From positions 810,001 through 842,000 of the forward strand of contig CP064967.1 in assembly GCA_016699265.1 (NCBI GenBank): a stretch of 32,000 nt of DNA. The letters are read 5' to 3'. The notes beneath the pieces are model-generated. The model did not search any database. It was not told the DNA's origin and saw only the letters and a list, made by a program, of their open reading frames with translations. Made by a program: the position numbers and the translations under genes. The DNA comes from Candidatus Saccharimonadota bacterium (GTDB taxonomy: Bacteria; Patescibacteriota; Microgenomatia; UBA1406; GWC2-37-13). Shown here one piece after another: positions 7,617 through 16,481 of the stretch (position 1 is the stretch's first letter; each line of letters begins with the position of its first letter).

Positions 7617-8498
7617 ATGGAACAAGCTAAATTGAAGGCTGGCACTGTACTACTTATAGGCCGTCCTAACGTGGGAAAATCAACCTTTGTTAATAATCTT
7701 ATTGGTCAAAAGGTCGCAATCACCTCACATAAGCCACAGACAACTCGATTTCCAATTCATGCACTGCTTGAGGAGGAACGCGGAACTATTGAGTTTGTCG
7801 ATACCCCCGGAATTTTTGATAAAGTCCGCGACACTTTATCCAAAAGAATAAATCAGCAAACCCTAAGCGCAGCAGAAGAATTTGTTGATGTGGTTATTTA
7901 TATGGTAGATCACACACGCAGACGAGACTTCGAAGAGTCAAAAGTGCTTGGAATTGTACGAAAGATAAATAAACCAAAGATTCTCGTAATTAACAAGATA
8001 GATCAGGATGATGAGACCTACCTTCCTCAGTACGAGTTCCTCCGTGATGAGTTTCCTTTTGTTTATAAAATATCTGCCATTAATAAAATTCATGTAAAGC
8101 CACTTCTTGATAAAATCTTTGACTTGTTACCAGAGCGGACTCCTGAGCAGATTCACCACAGCCCAACCGGACATCCTCTCCTTAACATGGATAGTAAAAC
8201 ATTTATTGCCGAACTCATTCGAGAAAAAATATTTCTAAAGATGGGAGAGGAGATCCCCTACACAGTTATGTGCGTGGTTGATGAGATAGAAGATCGAGAG
8301 AATGGGATGAAGTATATAAAGGCCCGCATCCTAACTACTGCCGATAGATATCGACGAATGATCATAGGTTCTGAAGGAAGAAAAATTAAGGAGATGGGAA
8401 GTATGGCAAGAAAAGAAATTGAACTCGCAATTAATAAGAAGGTTTTTCTTGATCTACGAGTTGATGTCGATCCTCACTGGCAGGAACTAATGTTCTAA
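7617..8498 (+). CDS. era: GTPase Era
   Basis: G1 motif GRPNVGKST, DTPG, NKID and a C-terminal KH domain. 293 aa. Confidence 0.95.
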   Translation: MEQAKLKAGTVLLIGRPNVGKSTFVNNLIGQKVAITSHKPQTTRFPIHALLEEERGTIEFVDTPGIFDKVRDTLSKRINQQTLSAAEEFVDVVIYMVDHTRRRDFEESKVLGIVRKINKPKILVINKIDQDDETYLPQYEFLRDEFPFVYKISAINKIHVKPLLDKIFDLLPERTPEQIHHSPTGHPLLNMDSKTFIAELIREKIFLKMGEEIPYTVMCVVDEIEDRENGMKYIKARILTTADRYRRMIIGSEGRKIKEMGSMARKEIELAINKKVFLDLRVDVDPHWQELMF

Positions 8499-9886
8499 AT
8501 CTTTAGCCTCTTTAAGGACTCTTCTTTACCAAGGAGCTCCATTGACTCATTAAGAGGAGGAGAGATTTTCTTTCCAGTAATAATTACTCGAGCAACCATA
8601 AAGAATTCACTATTTTTTACTCCTTCTTTCTCTGCTAGTTCTTGCAGAGTCTTACCGATCTCCTCCGCCTTCCATTCCTTAAGAGTACTTAGCGTTTTAT
8701 GCATTTTACTGACAAGTTCCTTATATTTTTTTTCATCAACCTCGTATTTTTTTGGAGCCTCAAAGAAAAACTCAGAGAGCGGATAGTAATCCGAAAGTTT
8801 CTTGATTCTCTCCTTCACTAAAGGAATAGTTTGGTCGATCAATTCTTTAGGGTATTTTCCTTCATAAAAGGAGTTAATTTTATTACTTAGGATTTCATTG
8901 TCCATAGCTCTAATATAAGAGCCATTCATCCACTCTAACTTAATCACATCAAATGCAGGACCGACCGGCTTCATATCCTTCAGGTCGAAGACCTTTATAA
9001 ATTCCTCAAGGTCAAAGATTTCCTTCTGTTTTGGGTGCGACCAACCCATTAAGGACAGGTAGTTAAGGATTGCCTCTGGAAGAAATCCCTGTTTGAGATA
9101 CCACGAAGCCCATACGGGATCTTTACGCTTGGACATTTTTGATTTATTGGGGTTTCTGAGAAGAGGCACATGGGCAAAGATGGGTTTTTCCCATCCGAAC
9201 GCTTCATAAAGAAGCACATGTTTGGGAGTAGAGGAAATCCACTCCTCTCCTCGGATGACGTGTGAAATCTTCATAAAGTGGTCGTCGACAACTACAGCTA
9301 AGTGGTAGGTAGGAAATCCGTCCGACTTCATGAGAACCTGATCGTCAAGATTATCCGTGTTGATGACAATGTCCCCGTGAATGAGATCATTAAATTTCAC
9401 CTCAATCTTCGGCTCGACATTCAGACGAATTACATACTTCTCGCCGTTATCTATTTTTTTCTTAATCTCTTCTTGAGATCCGAGACAGTGCTTGTCATAC
9501 TTTGAAATCTGCTTATTTTTTTGCTGCGAGTCGCGAAGTTTTTCCAGCCTCTCCTTTGAGCAGATGCAGTAGTAAGCCTTGCCCGATTCGATGAGATCCT
9601 TCGCATATCTTTGATAGATTTCGAGTCGTTCAGACTGACGATATGGACCAACCGCCCCTTCTTTATCTGGACCTTCATCATAGTTGATACCATAGTCTTT
9701 GAGTGTCTGAAGGAATTTCTCCTCCGCTCCTTTTACTAAACGAGCTTGATCGGTATCCTCAATGCGAATGATGAACTCACCTTCGTGCTTTTTTGCAAAT
9801 GCGTAGTTCAGGAGCGCTGTATAGACGCTACCGATGTGAAGATCCTCACCAGTTGGCGATGGTGGTATTCGCGTTCTAACGTGCAT
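8495..9886 (-). CDS. gltX: glutamyl-tRNA synthetase
   Basis: PSPTGEDLHIGS (HIGH) and KMSKRK motifs. 463 aa. Confidence 0.95.
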   Translation of the reverse strand: MHVRTRIPPSPTGEDLHIGSVYTALLNYAFAKKHEGEFIIRIEDTDQARLVKGAEEKFLQTLKDYGINYDEGPDKEGAVGPYRQSERLEIYQRYAKDLIESGKAYYCICSKERLEKLRDSQQKNKQISKYDKHCLGSQEEIKKKIDNGEKYVIRLNVEPKIEVKFNDLIHGDIVINTDNLDDQVLMKSDGFPTYHLAVVVDDHFMKISHVIRGEEWISSTPKHVLLYEAFGWEKPIFAHVPLLRNPNKSKMSKRKDPVWASWYLKQGFLPEAILNYLSLMGWSHPKQKEIFDLEEFIKVFDLKDMKPVGPAFDVIKLEWMNGSYIRAMDNEILSNKINSFYEGKYPKELIDQTIPLVKERIKKLSDYYPLSEFFFEAPKKYEVDEKKYKELVSKMHKTLSTLKEWKAEEIGKTLQELAEKEGVKNSEFFMVARVIITGKKISPPLNESMELLGKEESLKRLKI

Positions 9887-9979
9887 TGAAACATTATAGC
9901 TTATAACTTAGAACTTGTTCCGACGACCCCAGTGTCGGAATCCCGACTTCGTATCGGGGGAACTTAGAGCTATTATAAT

Positions 9980-11407
9980 TTACTTTTGTCGCGACCGTTT
10001 TATTAGAATAACTAGACCAAAGACAGCAAATATTGTTGGACCAAGAAAAATTTGTAGGTATTTGATTGTGTTTTTCACTGGCTCAGAAAACGGTGGTAGT
10101 GGATAATATTCTACTGCCCGACTTCGAATACCACTTAATGCCCCTCCAGACGCATACTCGCTCAAGGCATTCATAACAAGCTCCATATTGTCATTAGTTC
10201 TTGAGAGGAAGCCATCAAGAACAAATCTTGAGGAAGGGATAACTATAAATCTTCCCTTTCCATAATTTCCAGAAACGATAAGGGGAAATGACTCCTCCTT
10301 TACCTTTCCCGAGGGAGCTGTGGTCTGAGGGCTTAAATTAAAATTTTTAGTTTCATGCCATGACTGAGGCTCTGATCTGACAAGTGTCGTAATCTTTTGA
10401 GATGTAGAAACAGAGGATGCCCAAGGAAATACGAGCACCTTAACGTTCGAAAGTAACGACTCTTTCGCCAACTCGTTCGTCTTTATCCAGTATGAATAAG
10501 GAAGTACCATTGGCAAGGAGCTCTGACTTTGACCAAAGCTTACTAACTCCGCAGCTTTAGATCTCACCAGATCTTTGGCAAGTGTAATGCCCAATGATTT
10601 TAATAATGCAAAAAGATCGTGAGTTGCATCTTGTGCAAGAAGCGTGTCGTTCACTGTCACACCATCAACAAAAAACAATATTGATCCTCCATTTTGGAGA
10701 TATTCCTTCAGTTGAAAAGTTTCATCCTGAGTATATTGTTTTACATCGCTACCAAACACGATCAAAGACCTGAACTGAGCAGATGGTGTTGCGGTCTCTT
10801 CTATTCCGAACTGTGACTGTGAAACTGTTGCGAGGGACTGGAGTTGACTTAGACCTTCGGGCGCTCCAATTACTCCAACTATTGGTAGCGCTGGTGTACT
10901 TAGTTTATACAATACGCTTGTTAGGTTGTACTCTAGGTCTCGAACATCTGTTACTTGAGGAAGCGAAGCATGCTTACCATCATACGAGATTCCGATACCA
11001 AAATATGCATTTTGCACTGCAAACTGATCCTGATCCTGTTGAGAAAACTGCAGCCGCGGAATTGAGTAATTCTGCATATCTTGCTGGGCCTTTGTGTCGT
11101 TGTCCGGATCCTTAAGGAGATATGTTATTTTTTTACCACCAGTTTGTGAACTATACTCCTTTAGAAAATCATCTATCTCCTGCCGCACCGATGTCAATGT
11201 CGAAGGAATTTTTTTGGAACTAAAAAAAGTTATTGTTACCTGTTTTGGAAGTGATGAGATTATTTTTTTAGATGACTGAGAAATACTGTACGCTTGTCCA
11301 TTTGACAAATCCAGTCTTAAGGAAATCGGACGTACTAATAAGTTTGCGAAGATACATGCTCCTAAAATTAGGATTGTCATCAATCGCTGTGGAATAGGTT
11401 TGCGCAT
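9980..11407 (-). CDS. GldG-like ABC-transporter auxiliary protein
   Basis: 475 aa with N- and C-terminal TM anchors flanking a large external domain. It lies immediately downstream of an ABC-2 permease and ATPase, the gldA/F/G-type arrangement. Confidence 0.65.
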   Translation of the reverse strand: MRKPIPQRLMTILILGACIFANLLVRPISLRLDLSNGQAYSISQSSKKIISSLPKQVTITFFSSKKIPSTLTSVRQEIDDFLKEYSSQTGGKKITYLLKDPDNDTKAQQDMQNYSIPRLQFSQQDQDQFAVQNAYFGIGISYDGKHASLPQVTDVRDLEYNLTSVLYKLSTPALPIVGVIGAPEGLSQLQSLATVSQSQFGIEETATPSAQFRSLIVFGSDVKQYTQDETFQLKEYLQNGGSILFFVDGVTVNDTLLAQDATHDLFALLKSLGITLAKDLVRSKAAELVSFGQSQSSLPMVLPYSYWIKTNELAKESLLSNVKVLVFPWASSVSTSQKITTLVRSEPQSWHETKNFNLSPQTTAPSGKVKEESFPLIVSGNYGKGRFIVIPSSRFVLDGFLSRTNDNMELVMNALSEYASGGALSGIRSRAVEYYPLPPFSEPVKNTIKYLQIFLGPTIFAVFGLVILIKRSRQK

Positions 11408-11408
11408 A

Positions 11409-12110
11409 TTAGTCCCTGTGCTCTAACTGCTTAATAACTGCGTACATGAATACCGCTGTGAAAGAGATAAAATAGAACATAGATCTAAGATCTACAATTC
11501 CCTTGGTGAAATTTTCAAGATTTGCTAGTGGGAGAAGAGGAGTGATGAGCTCTGACACAACCCGAGGAATAAACGACGCTAGTATATCTGCTGAAAATAT
11601 AGAAAGACAAAAGAGAATTGTGGACGAAATAAAAAAGGCAAGAACTTGATTTGAGGTCTTCAATGACACATAGAGAGATAGCGTGCTAAACATCCCTGCA
11701 ACTAGAATGAGTCCGAGGTATCCCACGAACACCTCCGGAAGGTATAGTCCTGAAATAAAGGCGAAGGAAACAGGCAGAACTAAACTCAGAAGAAATGTCG
11801 CGCCTATCAAACTAAGTACCGCAAGTAATTTACCAACAGCAATCTCCTTTTCTCCAAAGGGTAATGTAAGTAAGGTTTCTAGAGTTCCTGCCTTTCTCTC
11901 CTCTGCAAAACTTCTCATACATAACGCTGGGATGAGTAGAACCATAACCCAGTACATCGTTAGGAAAAAAGGTTTCATCGAGATAAGCCCTACTGAGTAG
12001 ATGTCGCGAATAAATAATGCGTTAGCTATTAAGGTAGCCAATACAACGAGAATATATCCAAATGGGTTAAAGAAGTAATGTCTAAGCTCTTTTAGAAATA
12101 TATGCTTCAT
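11409..12110 (-). CDS. ABC-2 type transporter permease (GldF-like)
   Basis: 233 aa with about 6 TM helices. A 1-nt gap separates it from the downstream gene. Confidence 0.75.
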   Translation of the reverse strand: MKHIFLKELRHYFFNPFGYILVVLATLIANALFIRDIYSVGLISMKPFFLTMYWVMVLLIPALCMRSFAEERKAGTLETLLTLPFGEKEIAVGKLLAVLSLIGATFLLSLVLPVSFAFISGLYLPEVFVGYLGLILVAGMFSTLSLYVSLKTSNQVLAFFISSTILFCLSIFSADILASFIPRVVSELITPLLPLANLENFTKGIVDLRSMFYFISFTAVFMYAVIKQLEHRD

Positions 12111-12116
12111 ATTTGA

Positions 12117-12800
12117 TTAGTTTTTCACGAGTTTTTTAAATAACTTCTCTACCGCACCTTTCCCTCGAGGTTTTTTACCATCAAACACAATCTTTCCTTT
12201 GTGGAGAATAATAATTCTAGTGGCAATGTCCTCAACCTCAGATAATATGTGAGTCGAAAAAATGACAGAATTTTTTTTAGAAAATTTTTGAATCACATCT
12301 CGTATTTTGTCTTGCTCAATCGGATCAAGTCCGGATGTTGGCTCGTCAAGTATGAGAAGATCTGGCTCTCCCATCATTGCAGCAACCAATCCCACTCTCT
12401 GTTTAAATCCTCTTGAAAGTGTTTCTATCTTGGCGCTTAGCACATCTTTAACTCCGACAGTTCTAATTAACAAATCGTAGTCTTTTACTTTTTTCACATT
12501 CGCTACATATTCTAGATACTCACGAACCTTCATATCTCCATACAGTGGATTGTTTTCCGGCAGATACCCGGTAATCTGTGATACAGCTTTACGCTGGTAG
12601 ACCGGATCAAGTCCACAAAGCGCAATTGCACCTGTGTGAGTTTTGAGATATCCGGTAATTAGTCTCATCGTAGTCGTTTTGCCCGCCCCATTAAGTCCGA
12701 GAAAACCAATGATCTCGCCACGTTTGACGGTAAAAGACAGTGAGTGAAGAACTACTTTTGTGCTAAAGGATTTAGAGACTCCCCTTACGGATAAAATCAT
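12117..12800 (-). CDS. ABC transporter ATP-binding protein (GldA-like)
   Basis: Walker A GLNGAGKTT, signature LSRGFKQR and Walker B LLILDEP. Confidence 0.9.
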   Translation of the reverse strand: MILSVRGVSKSFSTKVVLHSLSFTVKRGEIIGFLGLNGAGKTTTMRLITGYLKTHTGAIALCGLDPVYQRKAVSQITGYLPENNPLYGDMKVREYLEYVANVKKVKDYDLLIRTVGVKDVLSAKIETLSRGFKQRVGLVAAMMGEPDLLILDEPTSGLDPIEQDKIRDVIQKFSKKNSVIFSTHILSEVEDIATRIIILHKGKIVFDGKKPRGKGAVEKLFKKLVKN

Positions 12801-12806
12801 AGTGAG

Positions 12807-13451
12807 TTATTTACACTGACAGTCGCCACAATTCCCCTGACAGTCATGTCCTTGTGAGGCGATTGCGTCAAACCCCTCTGAGACAATATCCCAGTTTAGA
12901 TTTTCGAAAAAAGACTCGATATACTGCGCTCTATTGACGCCATAGTCTATAAAGTAAGCATGCTCATACGTGTCAAGTGCGAGGATTGGAGTAGCACCCC
13001 AAACGGGATATGTGTTTTGCGCATCTCCGAGGTAGTTAAAGAGTCTCTCTTCGACGTGATTCCACGCAGTCCAGACCCATCCGCGAGCAGCAATGCCTGT
13101 CGCCTTCAGATCTAACTTATACTTTTCGAACGATCCGAAATCTTTTTTAATCTGAGCAGCTAGATCGTCTTTAGGTGCTCCTCCTTTACCACCAAGGTGA
13201 CCAAAGTAAATCTCATGATTTATGATTCCACCCCATGCGAAAGAAAGATCAACTTTTAGCGAACGCACTGTTGAAAATACTTGATTAGCTTTTGTGTAAT
13301 CTTCTTCCGTAAGAGCCTTCAGTTTTTCCTGAATCTCATTGTACTTCGTCACGTAGCCCTGATAGAGCTTAAGGTGCTCTTCAATAGTCTTTGCAGAGAT
13401 TCACTTCATCTGAGAAAGAGTTGGAGAAAAAGTTTTTGCTACAGCGACCAT
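12807..13451 (-). pseudogene. Fe/Mn superoxide dismutase interrupted by one in-frame TGA (13403..13401); could be a pseudogene, a recoding site or a sequence error
   Basis: From ATG 13451 the frame reads MVAVAKTFSPTLSQMK-TGA-ISAKTIEEHLKLYQGYVTKYNEI..., continuous with track ORF 12807..13352. The SOD motifs GGIINHEIYF and DTYEHAYFIDY are present. The first His ligand (TIEEH) lies between the TGA and the track start. Confidence 0.75.
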
Positions 13452-13460
13452 GTGTGTTTC

Positions 13461-13484
13461 TTAGAAATTAGAAATTAGAAATTA
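13461..13484. repeat. 7-bp tandem repeat TTAGAAA x3.4 (sense AATTTCT) between the cupredoxin stop and the SOD ATG
   Basis: Read directly. Confidence 0.85.
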
Positions 13485-13922
13485 TTCGACTACGAGGCTT
13501 CCCTTCATCCCCATTGCACGATGCGAACCAACGCTACAGTAGTACTCAAACGTTCCTTTTTTATTTGCGACGAACTCGATAGTCTCTGACTTGTCGGCTG
13601 CTAACTGCTTCGTTCTCGCGCTAAACTCATCGATTACCCAATCATGAAAACCTTCCTTATTAGTAAACACAATCTTTACCTTATCGCCCTGCTTCACCTT
13701 AATTTCTTTTACGTCGTAGGAGAAATTTGCTGCAGAGACTTCAAATGTTTTCGAGCTCTTTGTATCTTCATTTTCTTTCATCGCCTCCGTTGGAGACTCT
13801 TTCTTCTCCTCAGGTACTGCCATTTCCGTATCCGTTGCAGATGATTTCTGCATACCAAGATAAAAATATGCACCGGAACCAACAACCACTACCACAAGAA
13901 GAGCAAGATATACTTTGTTCAT
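13482..13922 (-). CDS. membrane-anchored cupredoxin (blue-copper) domain protein
   Basis: N-terminal TM helix, FHDW, and C-terminal YYCSVGSHRAMGM (Cys-His-Met type-1 copper ligand pattern). Confidence 0.8.
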   Translation of the reverse strand: MNKVYLALLVVVVVGSGAYFYLGMQKSSATDTEMAVPEEKKESPTEAMKENEDTKSSKTFEVSAANFSYDVKEIKVKQGDKVKIVFTNKEGFHDWVIDEFSARTKQLAADKSETIEFVANKKGTFEYYCSVGSHRAMGMKGSLVVE

Positions 13923-13931
13923 ATGCCCACT

Positions 13932-13961
13932 AGTCTAGCAAGAAACTATACCTACTGTCAA
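13932..13961 (-). promoter_or_regulatory. promoter TTGACA-18 nt-TAGACT, 9 nt upstream of the cupredoxin ATG
   Basis: Read directly on the minus strand. Confidence 0.55.
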
Positions 13962-13963
13962 TG

Positions 13964-14719
13964 TTAGATACCAAGAAGGTCGGGACGCTTTTTGAGAGTT
14001 TCTTCAAATGATTTTTGGAGACGCCATTTCTCAATATCCGCATGATTGCCGTTCATCAAAACTTTCGGAACAGTTTGCCCCTCGAACACTTCAGGTCGTG
14101 TGTAATGTGGATACTCAAGTAGTCGAACCTCTTTTACTCCTCTGTCCGCTATTTTTTTCAATGTAGAATTCTCTCCTATTATTTCAATTAAATGACTTAG
14201 TGGATAAATTTGAAATGATTCAATTACCGTCGCTTCCTCTTTTTTCAAAGCCCCAGGGAGCAGTCGAACTACCGCGTCAACAACTGCGGACACAGCAATC
14301 TCTCCTCCAGTCATCACAAAGTCGCCAACCGAAATTTCCTCATCGACCTCGGTCATAATTCTCTCGTCAACCGCTTCATAGTGACCAGCTACTAAAATCA
14401 GATGATCAAGTTTCGAAAACTCCTGCGCTTTTTTCTGATTAAACGGTTCTCCCTTAGCCGAGGTTAATACCATTTTTTCTGACTTTTGACCACTGGCTAC
14501 TGACTTCAGCGCTAGACTTAATACGTCGACTCGCAGGACCATCCCCGCTCCTCCTCCATACGGCTTGTCATCTACGCTCTTATGGGAGTCTGTTGCGAAA
14601 TCTCTAAAGTTCACAACCTCAATCTCAACCACGCCTTTCTCCTGAGCACGTTTTACGATACTCTCTTCAAAAAAGCCTTCGATCATCTTTGGGAAGAGCG
14701 TCAGAACAGTAATTTTCAT
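13964..14719 (-). CDS. trmD: tRNA (guanine37-N1)-methyltransferase
   Basis: MKITVLTLFPKM... and VDDKPYGGGAGMV. 251 aa. Confidence 0.95.
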   Translation of the reverse strand: MKITVLTLFPKMIEGFFEESIVKRAQEKGVVEIEVVNFRDFATDSHKSVDDKPYGGGAGMVLRVDVLSLALKSVASGQKSEKMVLTSAKGEPFNQKKAQEFSKLDHLILVAGHYEAVDERIMTEVDEEISVGDFVMTGGEIAVSAVVDAVVRLLPGALKKEEATVIESFQIYPLSHLIEIIGENSTLKKIADRGVKEVRLLEYPHYTRPEVFEGQTVPKVLMNGNHADIEKWRLQKSFEETLKKRPDLLGI

Positions 14720-14870
14720 GTTACTATTGTAACAGATGCTGGTTGTGAGGTTTGGAAGGCTATAAGGTTGTAAGTATAGCTAATAAGTTAACTTGCTAAC
14801 TAGTTTACCGGTTAACCTAAAAACAAAGTTTCAAAACCTACAACATTCCAAATTTTTTTTAGACCAGATT

Positions 14871-15053
14871 ATGAAATCGATCCTTTTATTTCTCATTAGA
14901 GTTTATCAATCACTTCCTTTTCCAAGTTATTGTCGGTACAGTCCAACCTGTTCTTACTTTACTTATGGAGCTATTAAGAAATACGGGGCAACGAAGGGTT
15001 TATGGATGGGTTTTAAACGAATTCTTAGCTGCCACCCTTGGTCCAAATCTTAA
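14871..15053 (+). CDS. yidD: membrane protein insertion efficiency factor YidD
   Basis: [19 protein letters not shown]...HPW motif. I chose the internal start M27. Confidence 0.85.
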   Translation: MKSILLFLIRVYQSLPFPSYCRYSPTCSYFTYGAIKKYGATKGLWMGFKRILSCHPWSKS

Positions 15054-15778
15054 GTGCGAAGAAACGGCTTAACCATTTTCGCTATTTTACCATCTTTAAA
15101 GTCAGTAATAGGCTGTCTAGGATTATCGTATATAGGGTGGTCTTCGTGGAGATGGTTGAATGGGTAAAAACCTAGCTCCTGTAAAATTGGACTATACTCA
15201 GACGACTGTTTCCCACTGAAGTCAAGCGTCTGAACACCTAACTGTTTGAGCGAACCAATTGTCACTGCAGTGAGTAATTTTCCAAAGCCTTTTTTTTGAT
15301 GCTCATTCTCGACTTGAATTCCATATAGGTGTGGCGATTTATCTATTTCTTGAAAAGGTATACGCTGCATCATAAGTCCTTCGTCAACGACCTTCGGCTC
15401 GAAAGACCTAAGTTCAAATAAACGCGATCCTCTGTTGCCATTGGCAACTACCCCATCACTCTTTCGTGAGATTCTGTAGTCATGCCATCCTACGGCTCTG
15501 AAGACGTCCTTACCATCCTCAACGACGCGCTCAAAGAGATCGATTATTAGTATTTCGTTCACACTTTCCCAATCATTATTCTTAAACGATTCTTGAGCAG
15601 TTTTATACTCATCTGCTCTGTTAGGAATTTTTACATTTCTGGCTGTCAGAATAAAGCTTCCTTGTTCAGTGCTTAGCTCAAGAAATCCTGTAGCAATGAG
15701 TTTTCTTATGTGATCTTTAACTAATTCAATGTCTTTTTCATCCTCGCCAATCTGCGGATCTTCAGCTCTTGAGTCCAT
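15050..15778 (-). CDS. GNAT-family N-acetyltransferase with an unknown N-terminal region
   Basis: Acetyl-CoA motif A-like [10 protein letters not shown] in the C-terminal half. Confidence 0.65.
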   Translation of the reverse strand: MDSRAEDPQIGEDEKDIELVKDHIRKLIATGFLELSTEQGSFILTARNVKIPNRADEYKTAQESFKNNDWESVNEILIIDLFERVVEDGKDVFRAVGWHDYRISRKSDGVVANGNRGSRLFELRSFEPKVVDEGLMMQRIPFQEIDKSPHLYGIQVENEHQKKGFGKLLTAVTIGSLKQLGVQTLDFSGKQSSEYSPILQELGFYPFNHLHEDHPIYDNPRQPITDFKDGKIAKMVKPFLRT

Positions 15779-16058
15779 ACTTTTTTAAGTCGACTTTATT
15801 TTTAACAAACTTCACAGATTCACTCTCAAGTATTTTTCGTTGCTTATCTGGCCCACCAAACGCAAAGCCAGATGCAATCGATCCATCGGATTTAATAACG
15901 CGGTGGCAGGGAATTTTAGGTGCTCCTTTGTTTAGATGCAGAATTCGCCCCACATGTCTCGGGTTGAGACCTAATTGTTTTCCTATCGCTCCGTAAGTTG
16001 TCACCTTTCCTTTTGGAATCCTAAGTAGAAGTTTGTATACAGGATGTAGGTCTTTCAT
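15762..16058 (-). CDS. minimal MGMT-family methylated-DNA-protein-cysteine methyltransferase (C-terminal domain only)
   Basis: Active-site PCHRV with helix-turn-helix TYGAIG. 98 aa. Overlaps the downstream GNAT gene by 17 nt. Confidence 0.85.
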   Translation of the reverse strand: MKDLHPVYKLLLRIPKGKVTTYGAIGKQLGLNPRHVGRILHLNKGAPKIPCHRVIKSDGSIASGFAFGGPDKQRKILESESVKFVKNKVDLKKYGLKS

Positions 16059-16068
16059 AAGTTATACG

Positions 16069-16455
16069 TTATACAAACTTCTTAATTTTCTGCGCTGTTT
16101 CCTCCATCTGCTCCTGAGAAAATTTCTTTGTGTCCGGAACGAACATCGTCTCATCTTCGTATCGAGGAAGTACATGAATATGGGCATGGGGCACCTCAAG
16201 TCCATGTGTTACATAGGATACGAAATATGGATTTAGCGCCTTCTGAAGAGCTTTTGTCAACTTGTTCACCGAGTTCCAATATTCCTCAAACTCTGGCACA
16301 TCATAGACCCAGCGATGATGATTTTTGGGAATTACAAGTGCATGACCTCTGGTTCTTGGAAAGATGTCGAGGAACCCAAAAAAAAGTTCGTCCTCAAACA
16401 GTTTATACGAAGGTAGTTCTCCTTTCACGATTTTGCAGAAAATACAGTCGTTCAT
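16069..16455 (-). CDS. HIT-family (histidine triad) protein
   Basis: CIFCKIV and HAHIHVLP. I chose start M9 (ATG 16455), which is preceded by TATAAT (16467..16462) plus 6 nt. Confidence 0.9.
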   Translation of the reverse strand: MNDCIFCKIVKGELPSYKLFEDELFFGFLDIFPRTRGHALVIPKNHHRWVYDVPEFEEYWNSVNKLTKALQKALNPYFVSYVTHGLEVPHAHIHVLPRYEDETMFVPDTKKFSQEQMEETAQKIKKFV

Positions 16456-16481
16456 CGAGTTATTATATAATAAGTTCATAA

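Noticed and set aside
9887-9979. A T-box leader upstream of gltX.
   Set aside because: The spacer is only 93 nt, far shorter than T-box leaders. No T-box consensus was seen. The -10 box sits 6 nt from the ATG, which leaves no leader.
2499-11115. Numerous 60-110 aa ORFs antisense to or overlapping strong genes (for example 2499..2738, 4558..5051, 9302..9693, 10783..11279).
   Set aside because: All lie inside well-supported genes on the other strand or in another frame. They lack start-site signals, and their low-complexity composition is typical of shadow ORFs.
13401-13403. The in-frame TGA in the SOD as evidence for an alternative genetic code (code 25, TGA=Gly; or code 4, TGA=Trp).
   Set aside because: Eight genes in the window (5711 hypothetical, MGMT 15762, fbp 17507..17509, hydrolase 20235, 22094 gene, flavodoxin 27338..27340, msrB, msrA) end at TGA with normal-looking C-termini. 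Long ORFs such as the 848-codon track ORF of the zwf-gnd gene, typA and gltX contain no internal TGA. Reading through the msrB TGA would add about 69 residues of apparent junk.
13340-13403. The TGA in the SOD as a selenocysteine codon.
   Set aside because: The position is not a catalytic or redox residue in SODs. Only a weak 5-bp hairpin (AGAGC/GCTCT) lies about 24 nt downstream, unlike bacterial SECIS elements. No Sec machinery is visible.
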